Source: Candidatus Bathyarchaeota archaeon (GTDB lineage: Archaea; Thermoproteota; Bathyarchaeia; Bathyarchaeales; Bathycorpusculaceae). From it: a DNA stretch of 64,000 nucleotides. Position numbers and translations under genes: made by a program. Shown piece after piece: positions 39,813 to 49,803 of this stretch (the first letter of the stretch is position 1; every line of letters starts with the position of its first letter). The notes under the pieces are model-generated. The model saw only the letters and a program-made list of their open reading frames with translations. It had not been told where the DNA came from and did no database searches. The stretch covers positions 128,001 through 192,000 of the forward strand of contig CAWHDT010000005.1 of NCBI GenBank assembly GCA_963828195.1, in the 5' to 3' direction.

Positions 39813-41747
39813 TTACACACCTACCGTTAATATTAGTACCACAACGATTAGTATCAGGCCAACTATTCCTGCTGCAATGTAATTTTGAACGGTCGAGGAC
39901 GGTACCTTTTTCAGCTTTGAAGAGGTAAGCACAAACCAGCCTGCAAACGCGTTCAGCCCCAAATTCGCCTGATCTTCAACATGTTTAAGGCCGTCAGAAA
40001 ACTTTCCAAGTCCTCTTGCGAAGGCATAGTAAATGTCGTCAACGAAGTAGCCATGGTTTAGTATGGTTGCAATTGGGTTTGAACCGCCGCCAACACTTCT
40101 TATGCGCAGGGCGTTTTTGTAATATGCCCAGTACACAAGCAAACCAGTTGGAACAAGAATTGCAAGGAAGATTGGTGTTTCCAAGTCGGTGAAGGAGCCG
40201 AGGATCGAGATTCCAAGGCTTAAATGCATAAAGTTCTCGACCACAGTCATTGACAAGCCCCAGACAATGCATAATCCTGCAAGGATTGCTGCTGGGATCA
40301 GCATGACTTTTGGAGCTTCATGGGGATGCTGCTTTTCCAAATGCTCTGATTCTTTACCCATGAAAACTAGGCTGAACATGCGTATTACGTAGGCAAACGT
40401 AATGGCTGCTGTGGCGTAAAGCAGAATTGCCTGTATCAGACCTGCAGAAGTGCCTAAACTGCTTACGCTTGAGATAATCAAGCCTTTGCTGAAGAACGCG
40501 GCAAAAGGAGGCAGACCGCTTGTCGTTATAACCATTATACCCATTAAAACAAAGGTCACTGGCATTGCTTTCCTCAGCCCACCCATTAACCGCATGTCTC
40601 GCGTGCCAAGTGCGTGAATGATGCCGCCTGCGAGGAGGAATCCGAGACCTTCGAAGAAAGCATGGCTTACCATGTGGAATATACTGGCGAACCACCCAAT
40701 GGATGCCGCTCCCGTAACAGCTGCACCTAATGCAGCCATCATGAAGCCGATTTGACTAACAGTTGAGTATGCAAGGACTCCCTTGATGTCGGTTGTGGTT
40801 ATCGCCAGCGTAGCGCCGATAAAGGCTGTTATGACGCCTATCCAAGCAACGGTGGGGAACCAGGCTGGTTGAAGCGCGACGATTAAGGGATACGCTACTG
40901 AGGCTATGAGTATGAATCTTGCAAGAAGGTAGATACCTGCTTTAACCATTGTGGCGGCGTGAAGCAGGGCGCTGATTGAGGTGGGTGCTTCCATTGCGCT
41001 GTAGAGCCAAGTGAACAAGGGGAATTGAGCGGACTTAGCGAGGGCACCCCCCAAAACTAAGAAGAATACGGTGACAAGAAGCCCTGTATTGAGGGTTCCG
41101 GCTTTGGCGCCTGCCGTGAGGGCAGCTATTATTGCGCTGAAACTAAATGACCCGATTGCGTGTCCTGCAACAAGAGGTCCCGCGTAAAGTATGCCTATGG
41201 CTGCAAGCAGGGATACGTCGCCGATGCGGGTCATGATGAAAACTTTATTGCCTGCATTTATTGATGCGGGGCGTTTGTACCAGAAAGCAACTAACGCGTA
41301 GGAGCATAAGCCCACCATTTCCCAGAAAATAAACATTTGAAGCAGGTTATCTGAGATTACAAGGCCTATCATTGAGCCTATGAAAAGCAGAATGAGGAAG
41401 TAGTATCGTGTTAATCCTTCTTCGCCCTTCATGTAACCCCAAGAATAAATGACTATGATTAATGCAAAGAAGCCAACAAGGCACGTGAACAATACAGACA
41501 GCGGATCAATGTACACTCCGGCACTGATGCCTGCAATCCAGGGAATTGTCGATTCTGTCGCTGACCCGTTACCTGAAAGGATGCTGGGTATAAGTGAAAA
41601 TGCCAAGCCCGCGGTTACGGCTGCGACTGCTATTACATAGTAGTTTCGTATTTTGTCGCCTTTTTTTGCGATTATTGGAACGAACAGGCATGCAACAAGG
41701 GGGAATATCCAAACAAGCCATGCGGAAACAATATTATACGTTATCAT
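39813..41747 (-). CDS. nuoL: Complex I-like antiporter subunit (NuoL-like)
   Basis: KSAQFPL.TWL..AMEAPT.ISALLHAATMV; LAYSTVSQIG. Confidence 0.88.
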   Translation of the reverse strand: MITYNIVSAWLVWIFPLVACLFVPIIAKKGDKIRNYYVIAVAAVTAGLAFSLIPSILSGNGSATESTIPWIAGISAGVYIDPLSVLFTCLVGFFALIIVIYSWGYMKGEEGLTRYYFLILLFIGSMIGLVISDNLLQMFIFWEMVGLCSYALVAFWYKRPASINAGNKVFIMTRIGDVSLLAAIGILYAGPLVAGHAIGSFSFSAIIAALTAGAKAGTLNTGLLVTVFFLVLGGALAKSAQFPLFTWLYSAMEAPTSISALLHAATMVKAGIYLLARFILIASVAYPLIVALQPAWFPTVAWIGVITAFIGATLAITTTDIKGVLAYSTVSQIGFMMAALGAAVTGAASIGWFASIFHMVSHAFFEGLGFLLAGGIIHALGTRDMRLMGGLRKAMPVTFVLMGIMVITTSGLPPFAAFFSKGLIISSVSSLGTSAGLIQAILLYATAAITFAYVIRMFSLVFMGKESEHLEKQHPHEAPKVMLIPAAILAGLCIVWGLSMTVVENFMHLSLGISILGSFTDLETPIFLAILVPTGLLVYWAYYKNALRIRSVGGGSNPIATILNHGYFVDDIYYAFARGLGKFSDGLKHVEDQANLGLNAFAGWFVLTSSKLKKVPSSTVQNYIAAGIVGLILIVVVLILTVGV

Positions 41748-42061
41748 TATTGTTCAGCCTCGGTATCCGTTTTTTCCTGCATTTTTAGTATTTCATTGAT
41801 GTTACTTGTTCCGTACTTTTTGGTTACGATAACCAGCAACGCCAGAACTACCCCGCTGACGGTGGTATCGGTGGAAAACGCGAGTATCAGAAAAGCTTGC
41901 CCTAAGCCTTGACCCATGGTGGAAGCAAGCATAACAAAATTCAAAGTTGCCGCAGTAGCGATTAGCTCTATTGAAATGAAGACTTTCAAGAGTTGCCGAT
42001 TAGTCAGCAAGCCGTAGACGCCGATTGCCAGCATTACAAGTGACAATATGACAAAGTCCAT
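41747..42061 (-). CDS. nuoK: NuoK-like subunit
   Basis: IGVYGLLT..ISIELI; three TM helices. Confidence 0.8.
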   Translation of the reverse strand: MDFVILSLVMLAIGVYGLLTNRQLLKVFISIELIATAATLNFVMLASTMGQGLGQAFLILAFSTDTTVSGVVLALLVIVTKKYGTSNINEILKMQEKTDTEAEQ

Positions 42062-42528
42062 TATTTCGCACCCTTCTTCTCATATAAAATGATCGCGATT
42101 CCTAAAGCCACCGTCAAAATAACGAGGGCTTGCAAAATAACATCTACGCCGCTTAAGTTCCAGAGGGCGTTCCCAAAAGAAGTGTTAGAATAATAGGATT
42201 CTGTTGAACTTGATATTGAAAGAAAGATGGCGGGCAACGATAAAATTGCGCCTGCACCGATCAATGCTGAGAGTTTTATGGGCGAAGTTTTCTTGGTAGA
42301 TTTCTCGCTCAGCATTTCTCCTGATAAAAACAGGATGGCTAATGTGCCTACGCCGACTACGAACTGGAAAATAGCTGCGTAAACCGCGCCGTTTTCTAAG
42401 TAAAGTAACGCTGTAAAAAGAAAGGTGCCTGCTAAAGCTGCAACGGAATATACTACTTCGTCAAGAAATAGTGCGAGGCACGCGGAAATTATTAAGCCGA
42501 TTGAGAGGATTTCAAGGATGATGATCAT
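42061..42528 (-). CDS. nuoJ: NuoJ-like subunit
   Basis: Five TM helices; A.Y.AIFQ..VGVG..ILFL; operon position. Confidence 0.75.
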   Translation of the reverse strand: MIIILEILSIGLIISACLALFLDEVVYSVAALAGTFLFTALLYLENGAVYAAIFQFVVGVGTLAILFLSGEMLSEKSTKKTSPIKLSALIGAGAILSLPAIFLSISSSTESYYSNTSFGNALWNLSGVDVILQALVILTVALGIAIILYEKKGAK

Positions 42529-42989
42529 TTTTTCGCAGGCTCCTTAGCGTTCGGTTGAGGTTTTACAATTAATGACGATTTATCGGTTGTGGCTAACTCG
42601 TAGTCGCCTGAGCCTTTTATTGCAGCTCGGGGGCAGCTTTCTACACATTGATTGCAGAAAATGCATTTGTTAAAATCGAATTGCGGACGTTTTTTGCCAT
42701 CCACCTCCACTATTTCGATTGCGAAGGCTGGGCAATCTCGGGCGCATACGGTGCAATGTGTGTTGACTAGTGCCTGTACATCAAAACCTAACTCGCCTTG
42801 TGTGCCGCTGAGATCGATCATGTTGCATGATTTAATGGTGTAAACTGGCTTGCCTCTATAATCCTCGGGAAGCTTCGGTTTCACGAAGGGGTACTTTGTC
42901 GTGGCTGGTTTAGTGAAGATGTGGGAAACAGTTCTTTGCCACATTGGAGATAAACGTGATTTCTTTGTCTTTGCCTTTGTCTTAGTCAT
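42525..42989 (-). CDS. nuoI: NuoI-like 2x[4Fe-4S] subunit
   Basis: T.KYPF; CTVCARDCP; CIFCNQCVESCP. Confidence 0.85.
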   Translation of the reverse strand: MTKTKAKTKKSRLSPMWQRTVSHIFTKPATTKYPFVKPKLPEDYRGKPVYTIKSCNMIDLSGTQGELGFDVQALVNTHCTVCARDCPAFAIEIVEVDGKKRPQFDFNKCIFCNQCVESCPRAAIKGSGDYELATTDKSSLIVKPQPNAKEPAKK

Positions 42990-42993
42990 TTTT

Positions 42994-43977
42994 TTACACC
43001 AGCGGGAAAACCCATGTTTTCAGTGCTACAGTTAACATTAGTGCCAATATTGCTGCGGGCAAGAGTATTCTCCAGTTTGCTGACAACACTTGGTCTATGC
43101 GCAATCTCGCAAAAAGGGTAGTTATGTACTCAGTAACTATTACGACCGCCAACAGCTTAAGAACAAACCACAAGGAATACCAGAACGCAGGCAATCCAAA
43201 GAACACGGGTCCATATGGCCCGCCGAGGAACAATTCAACCACCAGAGCCGCTCCGAAAACAATCTGCACGTCTCGGGTTAAATGGAGGAAGGCTAATTTG
43301 GCGCCTGTGTATTCGGTTGTTATTCCGCCGACCAATTCGCTTTCTGCATCAGGGACGTCAAAGGGGTCCTTTTCCAGCTCGGCCTGCATAACTATTAGGT
43401 ACAGCACGAAGCCATAGGGCGCTAAAAGTATGTATGGAATTGCTTGATGGGCTATGGCGAATATGCCTAAGGTTCCCGCGAGAAATGCGGGTGTTAACGC
43501 AAGAATGAAAAGAGGTATGTCGTATCCGAGAAACTGGGTTAACACTCTTGCTGAACTGATAGTGCCGTAAGGATTGCATGATGCCCAACCTGAAAGGAAC
43601 AGCAGAAAGCTAGCGATGGTTGAGAAGGTCAAAATAATAATTAAGTCACCGTTAAACCCTGTTGTGGAGAGGACGCTGGCACCGTCAATAGGCAAGAAGC
43701 ATATGGCGAAAACCATAACTGTGAACGCTAAAAGGGGTGCAAACTGGAAAACGGTTCTTTTAGCATCTCGTGGTTCAATGTCTTCTTTTGTTAATAGCTT
43801 TATTAAGTCCGCTACTGGCTGAAAAAGTCCGCCGGGTCCTGCGACCATTGGTCCAACGCGGTTTTGTAGGCGTGCTTCGATTTTCCGTTCTACCCAATCG
43901 CAGAATAAGGTTAAAAGTAAAATGAATGTGAAGCCTGGGAAAATTAGGATTCGGAGGATTAAATCGAAGTCAATCAT
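42994..43977 (-). CDS. nuoH: NuoH-like membrane subunit
   Basis: ERKIEARLQNRVGP; PFDVPDAESELVGG..TEY. Confidence 0.9.
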   Translation of the reverse strand: MIDFDLILRILIFPGFTFILLLTLFCDWVERKIEARLQNRVGPMVAGPGGLFQPVADLIKLLTKEDIEPRDAKRTVFQFAPLLAFTVMVFAICFLPIDGASVLSTTGFNGDLIIILTFSTIASFLLFLSGWASCNPYGTISSARVLTQFLGYDIPLFILALTPAFLAGTLGIFAIAHQAIPYILLAPYGFVLYLIVMQAELEKDPFDVPDAESELVGGITTEYTGAKLAFLHLTRDVQIVFGAALVVELFLGGPYGPVFFGLPAFWYSLWFVLKLLAVVIVTEYITTLFARLRIDQVLSANWRILLPAAILALMLTVALKTWVFPLV

Positions 43978-43983
43978 TGCGGA

Positions 43984-45555
43984 TCATCTGTCTGTGCATG
44001 AGAAGCAGGGGTCTAAGCTTACAAAGTTCGGCGGAACATCAGCGATGTTTTCCCCTATTGCTGTCTTCAGGAATGAGGGTATGTTTGCGAAGGTTGGAGT
44101 GCGCACTTTAACTCTTTCTGGGTTTGGAGTGCCGTTGCCTTTAACGTAGTAGAACAACTCGCCTCTTGGAGCCTCATTGCGGGAAACGGCTTCTCCTGCA
44201 GGCACGTTTCTGGGCACAGTAACTCGGAAAGGCCCTGTTGGCAAATGGTCAACTGCATACTGGATTATGTTAATGCTTTCTTCAACTTCATCCATGCGAA
44301 CATTCATTCTTGCCCAAGTGTCGCCAGTAGTGTAAACTATCTCTTTGAAGGGAATCTCGCCATACGCCTCATACGGGTCGTCTTTGCGAACATCGATGTC
44401 ATAGCCTGATCCTCGGGCTACGGGACCAACGACGCCAAGCTTTATTGCATCCTCCCTTTTGAGTACACCTACATTTTGCATACGAGCCTTTATTGACGCC
44501 TCATGTTCGTAGATTTGACGGTAAAACGGCAGCTTCTTTCTCAGATCTTCCAAGGTTGTCTTGATTTTGGGGATATCGGTTTCTTTCAGGTCTCTTCTAA
44601 CTCCGCCTATAGTCATCATGGAAGCGTAAACGCGGTTACCGCTTGTTAACTCGATTAAATCCATGATTGGTTCTCGGTCTCTCCAGAAATATTGAAATAG
44701 GGTCTCGTAGCCGATTTCTAATCCAGCGTGGCCTAAAGTTAGCAAGTGACTGTGGAGCCTGTTTAGCTCTAAAGCTACGACTCTTAGGTATTTTGCTCTT
44801 GGCGGAACGTCGGTTTGTAATATTTTCTCAGTTGCAGCAACAAAGCCGTAGGCGTGGCAAGCGTTGCAGATGCCGCAGATTCGCTCCACCAAATAAACAT
44901 CCTGCACGTAAGTCCGAGACTCAGACGCTTTTTCTATGCCGCGATGAACATAGCCGATTCTGGGTTCAACCTTGGTTACGGTTTCTCCTTCGACGGTTAC
45001 AGCGAATTTTTCTGGCTCAAGCAACGCAGGATGCTGTGGACCAATAATGATTTTTACGACGTTCTTATCTGCAGGTTGCTTAGTTTCTGCCGGCGCCGGG
45101 TTAAGTTTTACTTCGTTCGCTTTAACATCTTTTCTTAACGGGTAAACGCCTTCAGGCCAATACTCAGATAAAACAAAGTGACCTGATAATGTATTTCCTT
45201 CGAAAACTACGCCGAAAAGGTCTGATACTTCCAACTCAGAAAAGACGGCGCCTGGAATAATGTCGGTTATTGTTTGGATTTTTGGGTTGTCTTTAGGTAC
45301 TTCAGTGCGTATGGTTATGAAAGCGTTTGATGTACGTATGTGGTATAATACGCCCAGGTTTGCGCCAAGGTCTAAACCTGTTATGGCGGTGATGGTGGTT
45401 TTTTCGTCTGCTTCGACCATGGCTTGGAGAACATCTCTTTGTAATCCATTGCTGGTTGTTATGGCGGCTGTGCCAAGTTGACCTAGTTGAATTTGGACTT
45501 TACCTTTAAGTTTAGATTCAATCGCACTAACAATATCTATTCTACTGTTTGACAT
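43984..45555 (-). CDS. Group 4 [NiFe] hydrogenase large subunit, NuoC/NuoD-like fusion
   Basis: GPQHP; HRGIEK; L1 motif RICGIC and L2 motif DPCFSCTDR-stop; N-terminal NuoC-like domain (E..DLFGV.F.G, YPLRKD). Confidence 0.92.
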   Translation of the reverse strand: MSNSRIDIVSAIESKLKGKVQIQLGQLGTAAITTSNGLQRDVLQAMVEADEKTTITAITGLDLGANLGVLYHIRTSNAFITIRTEVPKDNPKIQTITDIIPGAVFSELEVSDLFGVVFEGNTLSGHFVLSEYWPEGVYPLRKDVKANEVKLNPAPAETKQPADKNVVKIIIGPQHPALLEPEKFAVTVEGETVTKVEPRIGYVHRGIEKASESRTYVQDVYLVERICGICNACHAYGFVAATEKILQTDVPPRAKYLRVVALELNRLHSHLLTLGHAGLEIGYETLFQYFWRDREPIMDLIELTSGNRVYASMMTIGGVRRDLKETDIPKIKTTLEDLRKKLPFYRQIYEHEASIKARMQNVGVLKREDAIKLGVVGPVARGSGYDIDVRKDDPYEAYGEIPFKEIVYTTGDTWARMNVRMDEVEESINIIQYAVDHLPTGPFRVTVPRNVPAGEAVSRNEAPRGELFYYVKGNGTPNPERVKVRTPTFANIPSFLKTAIGENIADVPPNFVSLDPCFSCTDR

Positions 45556-46111
45556 CTGTTTTTGTCTCCTTTATTTCTGGTTTGACTTCTGGCGAAGCCA
45601 CAATCACCTCAGGTTGGGCAACAACTGGTTTTGCCGGCGCCTCAGGAAGCGGGGGCTGTTTTTCCTGTTTCGGCTGCTTCTTCGGTTTAGGCGGATCTAA
45701 CGCGTTCAGAAGCTTTACCACTCCATCGATGAGGGCTTCAGGCCGCGGTGGGCATCCAGGTATGTAAGCGTTAACTGGGAGGATTTTGTCTACGCCGCCT
45801 ACTACATTGTAGTTTCCCTCAAAAACGCCGCCGCTGCACGCGCAGGCGCCGATGGCGACAACGAATTTGGGCTGTGGCATTTGATCGTAGACTCGTTTCA
45901 ATCTTTCTGCGCATTGTTGAGTGACGCAGCCTGTTACCAGCAGGACGTCGGCGTGTCTTGGCGAAGGCTCAAGTTTTATGCCGAATCGTTCAACATCATA
46001 CTTCGGCGTTAGCAAAGCAACTATTTCAATGTCGCAGCCATTGCACGCGCCCGAGTTAAAATGCAGGACCCAAGGAGACTTTACTCTTGCCCAAGTCACA
46101 TAGTTCGTCAT
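45542..46111 (-). CDS. nuoB: Group 4 hydrogenase small subunit (NuoB-like)
   Basis: GACNGCDIE; SPRHADVL; GACACSGG; IPGCPPRPE. Confidence 0.9.
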   Translation of the reverse strand: MTNYVTWARVKSPWVLHFNSGACNGCDIEIVALLTPKYDVERFGIKLEPSPRHADVLLVTGCVTQQCAERLKRVYDQMPQPKFVVAIGACACSGGVFEGNYNVVGGVDKILPVNAYIPGCPPRPEALIDGVVKLLNALDPPKPKKQPKQEKQPPLPEAPAKPVVAQPEVIVASPEVKPEIKETKTDVKQ

Positions 46112-46455
46112 CAGTCTTTTCCTCCTTCCAAAAGAACGAAGCCTGCGGCAAGGATAATGCCGAGATACAAGATTAAAAGATACGGATTTATGCCGGCTAT
46201 GGCGATGGAAGCAAAAGCAAGGACAAGCACGGCTGAGTCAAAAATTATGAAGTAAATTAAATATTTGTAGAGGGAAACGTTGATTTTTAATCCTGGGAAA
46301 GACGCTTTTTCTCCGCAAGCGTAAGATGCCTGCTCGTTTTCGCTTATGGTTGTTTTAGGCGCGGACCTTTTGCCTAAAGCGTAGATTCCAAGCGTCAGTA
46401 TGAATATCAAAATAAACGCGATGATGGCTTCAATAATCATCCATTGTTGCTCCAT
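46111..46455 (-). CDS. nuoA: NuoA-like subunit
   Basis: TM helix, YACGE loop, YFIIFD. Confidence 0.8.
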   Translation of the reverse strand: MEQQWMIIEAIIAFILIFILTLGIYALGKRSAPKTTISENEQASYACGEKASFPGLKINVSLYKYLIYFIIFDSAVLVLAFASIAIAGINPYLLILYLGIILAAGFVLLEGGKD

Positions 46456-46931
46456 TATGGCTTTTGTGTTTAAACATTAAAGCTGCCTCAGAGGTACGTT
46501 TAAATTGGGACTTGGTATAGCCAAAAACGGCGTTATGAAGATATTTAAGCTTATTTGCAGTAAAACTGTTCAAACAGGCAGTCTCGTTGATGGGCAAAGC
46601 GTCGTCTTCCCCCAAATAAGCGAGATCAGCTTGATACCCGTATATACGGTATATACTCTCTCGTGCAGCTAATTCTTCTCCCATACTACCCCGAGCTAGT
46701 TCTCAATAAGAGCAACGCTTAGATTTAAATATTAACAAATAAACGGTGCGAATTCAATGACTTGGTCCCGTGGCTAACGCAGGAATTTTTGGAAAACAAA
46801 TAAATCTCAAGTGAGTTTCAGCTTGAAAAACTCACGTAAAGAACACAGACCTCATGCATCTCTAATTAACAGTGAAAAATTTTGATGCGAAATTTTTAAT
46901 GGTTTATCAAAAAACGATGACCTTCAGCTAA

Positions 46932-47417
46932 CTATTCATGCATCAACACAACCTCACCGGGGGCAAGCCAAATGTCCCTGTAAAACGCAAAAACTCGTCC
47001 GCCGAAAAGCCGCCAAAGCTCCAGAAAACCCATTCTTCGAAAGCCGTTAAGTGTCAATACGCGCAGGGCACCGGTATTTCGTCTTTGGGTAGAGGCGAAA
47101 ACTGCTTTTGCCCCATCTTTTTTAAGTTGCTGAGTTCCCTCGTTTGTAAGTGCGCTTGCAACGCCTTTTCTGCGAAAATGCGGATGGACAGCTATCCAAA
47201 ATATGCAGCCGAACTTTGCGGAGCCGACTTGGAAGCTTATGAGTTTAACAAATCCAACCACTGCTCCTTGCGCTTCGGCTACAAACACTGCCCCCTCTTC
47301 ACTTAAGCTATGTAAGGCAAAAAAACCCAGAAACCTTGAAAAAGAAACATCTATTATTTGCTTAACACTATCGGCGTCGCTTGGCATCATTTGCCTAATT
47401 ATAAACTCTGAGTTCAC
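46932..47417 (-). CDS. GNAT-family N-acetyltransferase
   Basis: IAVHPHFRRKGVASAL acetyl-CoA motif A. Confidence 0.88.
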   Translation of the reverse strand: MNSEFIIRQMMPSDADSVKQIIDVSFSRFLGFFALHSLSEEGAVFVAEAQGAVVGFVKLISFQVGSAKFGCIFWIAVHPHFRRKGVASALTNEGTQQLKKDGAKAVFASTQRRNTGALRVLTLNGFRRMGFLELWRLFGGRVFAFYRDIWLAPGEVVLMHE

Positions 47418-47481
47418 AACAGACCCTTAGTCTAAGAGTAATTTAAAACTAATTGAAGATAAAAAATTAAAAGCGCTTAAT

Positions 47482-48624
47482 CTACGGTGGAGTTAGGGGT
47501 GGGACGCCAGGTTTCGGCTCCAGCGTCTCGTCGGGTTTTTTGTTTGAAAATATTAGGGAGGTTGATTTTACGATCTGTGGCACTCCTGCAAGGTCTTCAA
47601 AGACTAGCAAGCCACGTGCAAGCAATGCGAATGCGGCTATTGGCGCGACCAGTTCTGGGTGTGCAGGAACGTTAGCGACGAGTCCCAAGATGCCTATAAT
47701 TCCGAATTCTTGCACGCCGATTCCCGCTGGAGTTATTGGCACGAATGCGAGAGCGGTTACTAGCGGGTGAATCAGGAAGAAAGCTAACCACCACCACCAG
47801 GTTAATTGTGAGATTCCTAATGCGTAGCCTAAAAACCACCATTCAAAACCTTTTATAACCCAACATGAGAAGGTCAAACCTAATATTTCTGGGATAGCTT
47901 TGCTAGTGGCGCCGCTGCTTTCTTTGTATTCCTCAAGCTTTCCCATTATGCCGCCTGTAAACCTTTTTAGAAATCTTGAATTTGCAATTTTGTCAAATAT
48001 TGAAATGGCTCTTTGAGACCATGTAAAAGCTGCAAGCACGGCTGCCCCAACTGTCATCAATGCTATTCCGAGTATTGCCGCAAGAATGCCAATATTTACT
48101 CCAAAAATGCTTACATGATGAAATACTTCAGCCCATGTTGCGGGTGGCGCTACGCTTACAAGAAAAATTACCGCGCCTATTCCGCCGATTACCTTGATTA
48201 GAAATTCAAATGTTTGGATGCCAAGAACGCTTGAGAGACCCTTTGCTGCTGGAACGTTTTGGTCTCTTAAATAAACTGGCGTTAGAATGTATCCTGAGCG
48301 TCCAGGAGTGACATCGCTTGTTAGCATACCTGCATACTGGGCGAGTAATGTTTTGCCAAATGATGTTTTAACATTATTTTTGCTTAGAACTCTCCTTAGC
48401 CTCACTGTGAATAGAAGGTTTATTCCAAAGTACATGAGGAAAGCAAGAAGCAAGTACTCGACCTTGATATGCAGCAGAGCAGTGTAAACAGACCCTACAC
48501 CCACATACCAAAATAACGCTGCTAAAATCGCCACCATGAACACTACTTCAAGAGCGATTCGGAGAATTTGCCTTGAACGATGAGATTTTTGTTTTTGCTG
48601 ACTTAATAACACTGAGGTCGTCAT
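47482..48624 (-). CDS. UPF0104 / lysylphosphatidylglycerol-synthase TM (putative flippase) protein
   Basis: DVTPGRSG; VPITPAGIGVQE; multiple TM helices. Confidence 0.82.
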   Translation of the reverse strand: MTTSVLLSQQKQKSHRSRQILRIALEVVFMVAILAALFWYVGVGSVYTALLHIKVEYLLLAFLMYFGINLLFTVRLRRVLSKNNVKTSFGKTLLAQYAGMLTSDVTPGRSGYILTPVYLRDQNVPAAKGLSSVLGIQTFEFLIKVIGGIGAVIFLVSVAPPATWAEVFHHVSIFGVNIGILAAILGIALMTVGAAVLAAFTWSQRAISIFDKIANSRFLKRFTGGIMGKLEEYKESSGATSKAIPEILGLTFSCWVIKGFEWWFLGYALGISQLTWWWWLAFFLIHPLVTALAFVPITPAGIGVQEFGIIGILGLVANVPAHPELVAPIAAFALLARGLLVFEDLAGVPQIVKSTSLIFSNKKPDETLEPKPGVPPLTPP

Positions 48625-48873
48625 TGTGAAAGAACCATCTGGTTTGACTGTTAAATCTCTTACGGAAAAAAACGGATAGTTGTTCCTTAGAAAATAAGAG
48701 ATAAATCAAGTTAACTAGGCCCAAAGAGGGTTAAAGTTCAGGTAAAAACGTAATCTATCACAGACACAACGAAAACCAAAGGGGAAATATCATTGTATTC
48801 TTCTCGTAAGATAATTTACCTATAATCTATAAGCCTTAAATAATCATCCCTAACAATGCCTATACAGGTTTAA

Positions 48874-49803
48874 ATGAAGCTTCGCATACCCGTCGTTCTC
48901 CTTATCGCTGTGGCATGCCTACTGATAATAGCGCCCTTGGGAAAAGTTCAAGCTCAAACCTACAGCCAATACAAAATCATGCTGAACAGTGACGGCTCCG
49001 CTTCTTGGACAATCACTCAAGTATCAGACTTAAACGGAACAGTTGATACATTTGCAGATTTTCAGCAAAAAGTCACCATCCTCGTATCCGCGGCAGCAAA
49101 TCAAACCCAAAGGCCAATGCAGGCAGACAGCGATTCCTTCCAAACAAGCACCAACATTACTTCAAGCGACTCAAAAACCACCGAGTACATGTTCACATGG
49201 CTTAACTTCAGCGAAACAGAAAATCAGCGATTAATTGTAGGAGACGTTTTCACGGTACCTGAATTTTTTAATCAGCTTTACGGTGACGGCGCCCTACAAA
49301 TCAATTATCCCGCGAACTACACGCTGCAGTCTGTTTCCCCCACGCCTGACGAAAAAGATGCTTCGACACAGACGCTTCAGTGGCTTGGAACCCAATTTTT
49401 CGTAGCTTCCCACCCCAGCATCATCCTTGTAGCCCAAGACCAAACTCCAGCCAGTTCTGGACAACAATACTTTCTATTCGGCTCAATCGCAGCAGCGTTT
49501 GTTGCCGCAGTAGCTGTTGCATCATGGTTCCTGCTTTCAAAGCGACGCCATAAACAAACCGTTAAAGAAGTGCCAGCAGCAGCTGAGACCTTACTTGAAA
49601 CTGAGGAAGAAAAAATCCTCAAAGTTCTACGGTCAAACGGCGGCAGCGCATATCAATCTGCTATCACGGAGCAGAGCAGGTTTTCTAAAGCCAAAACAAG
49701 TCAACTGTTGAGTGCCTTAGAGGCTAAGGGTGTTGTGCGAAGATATAAAAAGGGAAGGGATAAAATAGTTACCCTTAACGAACAGGCAAAAGGCGGAAAA
49801 TAA
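48874..49803 (+). CDS. Membrane-spanning protein with ectodomain and C-terminal winged-HTH
   Basis: Signal peptide, ectodomain, TM, then EEKILKVL..GG..YQS.I....FSKAKTSQLL..LE.KG.V.R.K.GR. Confidence 0.85.
   Translation: MKLRIPVVLLIAVACLLIIAPLGKVQAQTYSQYKIMLNSDGSASWTITQVSDLNGTVDTFADFQQKVTILVSAAANQTQRPMQADSDSFQTSTNITSSDSKTTEYMFTWLNFSETENQRLIVGDVFTVPEFFNQLYGDGALQINYPANYTLQSVSPTPDEKDASTQTLQWLGTQFFVASHPSIILVAQDQTPASSGQQYFLFGSIAAAFVAAVAVASWFLLSKRRHKQTVKEVPAAAETLLETEEEKILKVLRSNGGSAYQSAITEQSRFSKAKTSQLLSALEAKGVVRRYKKGRDKIVTLNEQAKGGK

Noticed and set aside
46430-46684. 84-aa ORF and CCGTATATACGG palindrome (46638-46649) upstream of the hydrogenase operon
   Set aside because: ORF has no recognisable features and spans the likely promoter; a single 12-bp palindrome is too weak to call an operator
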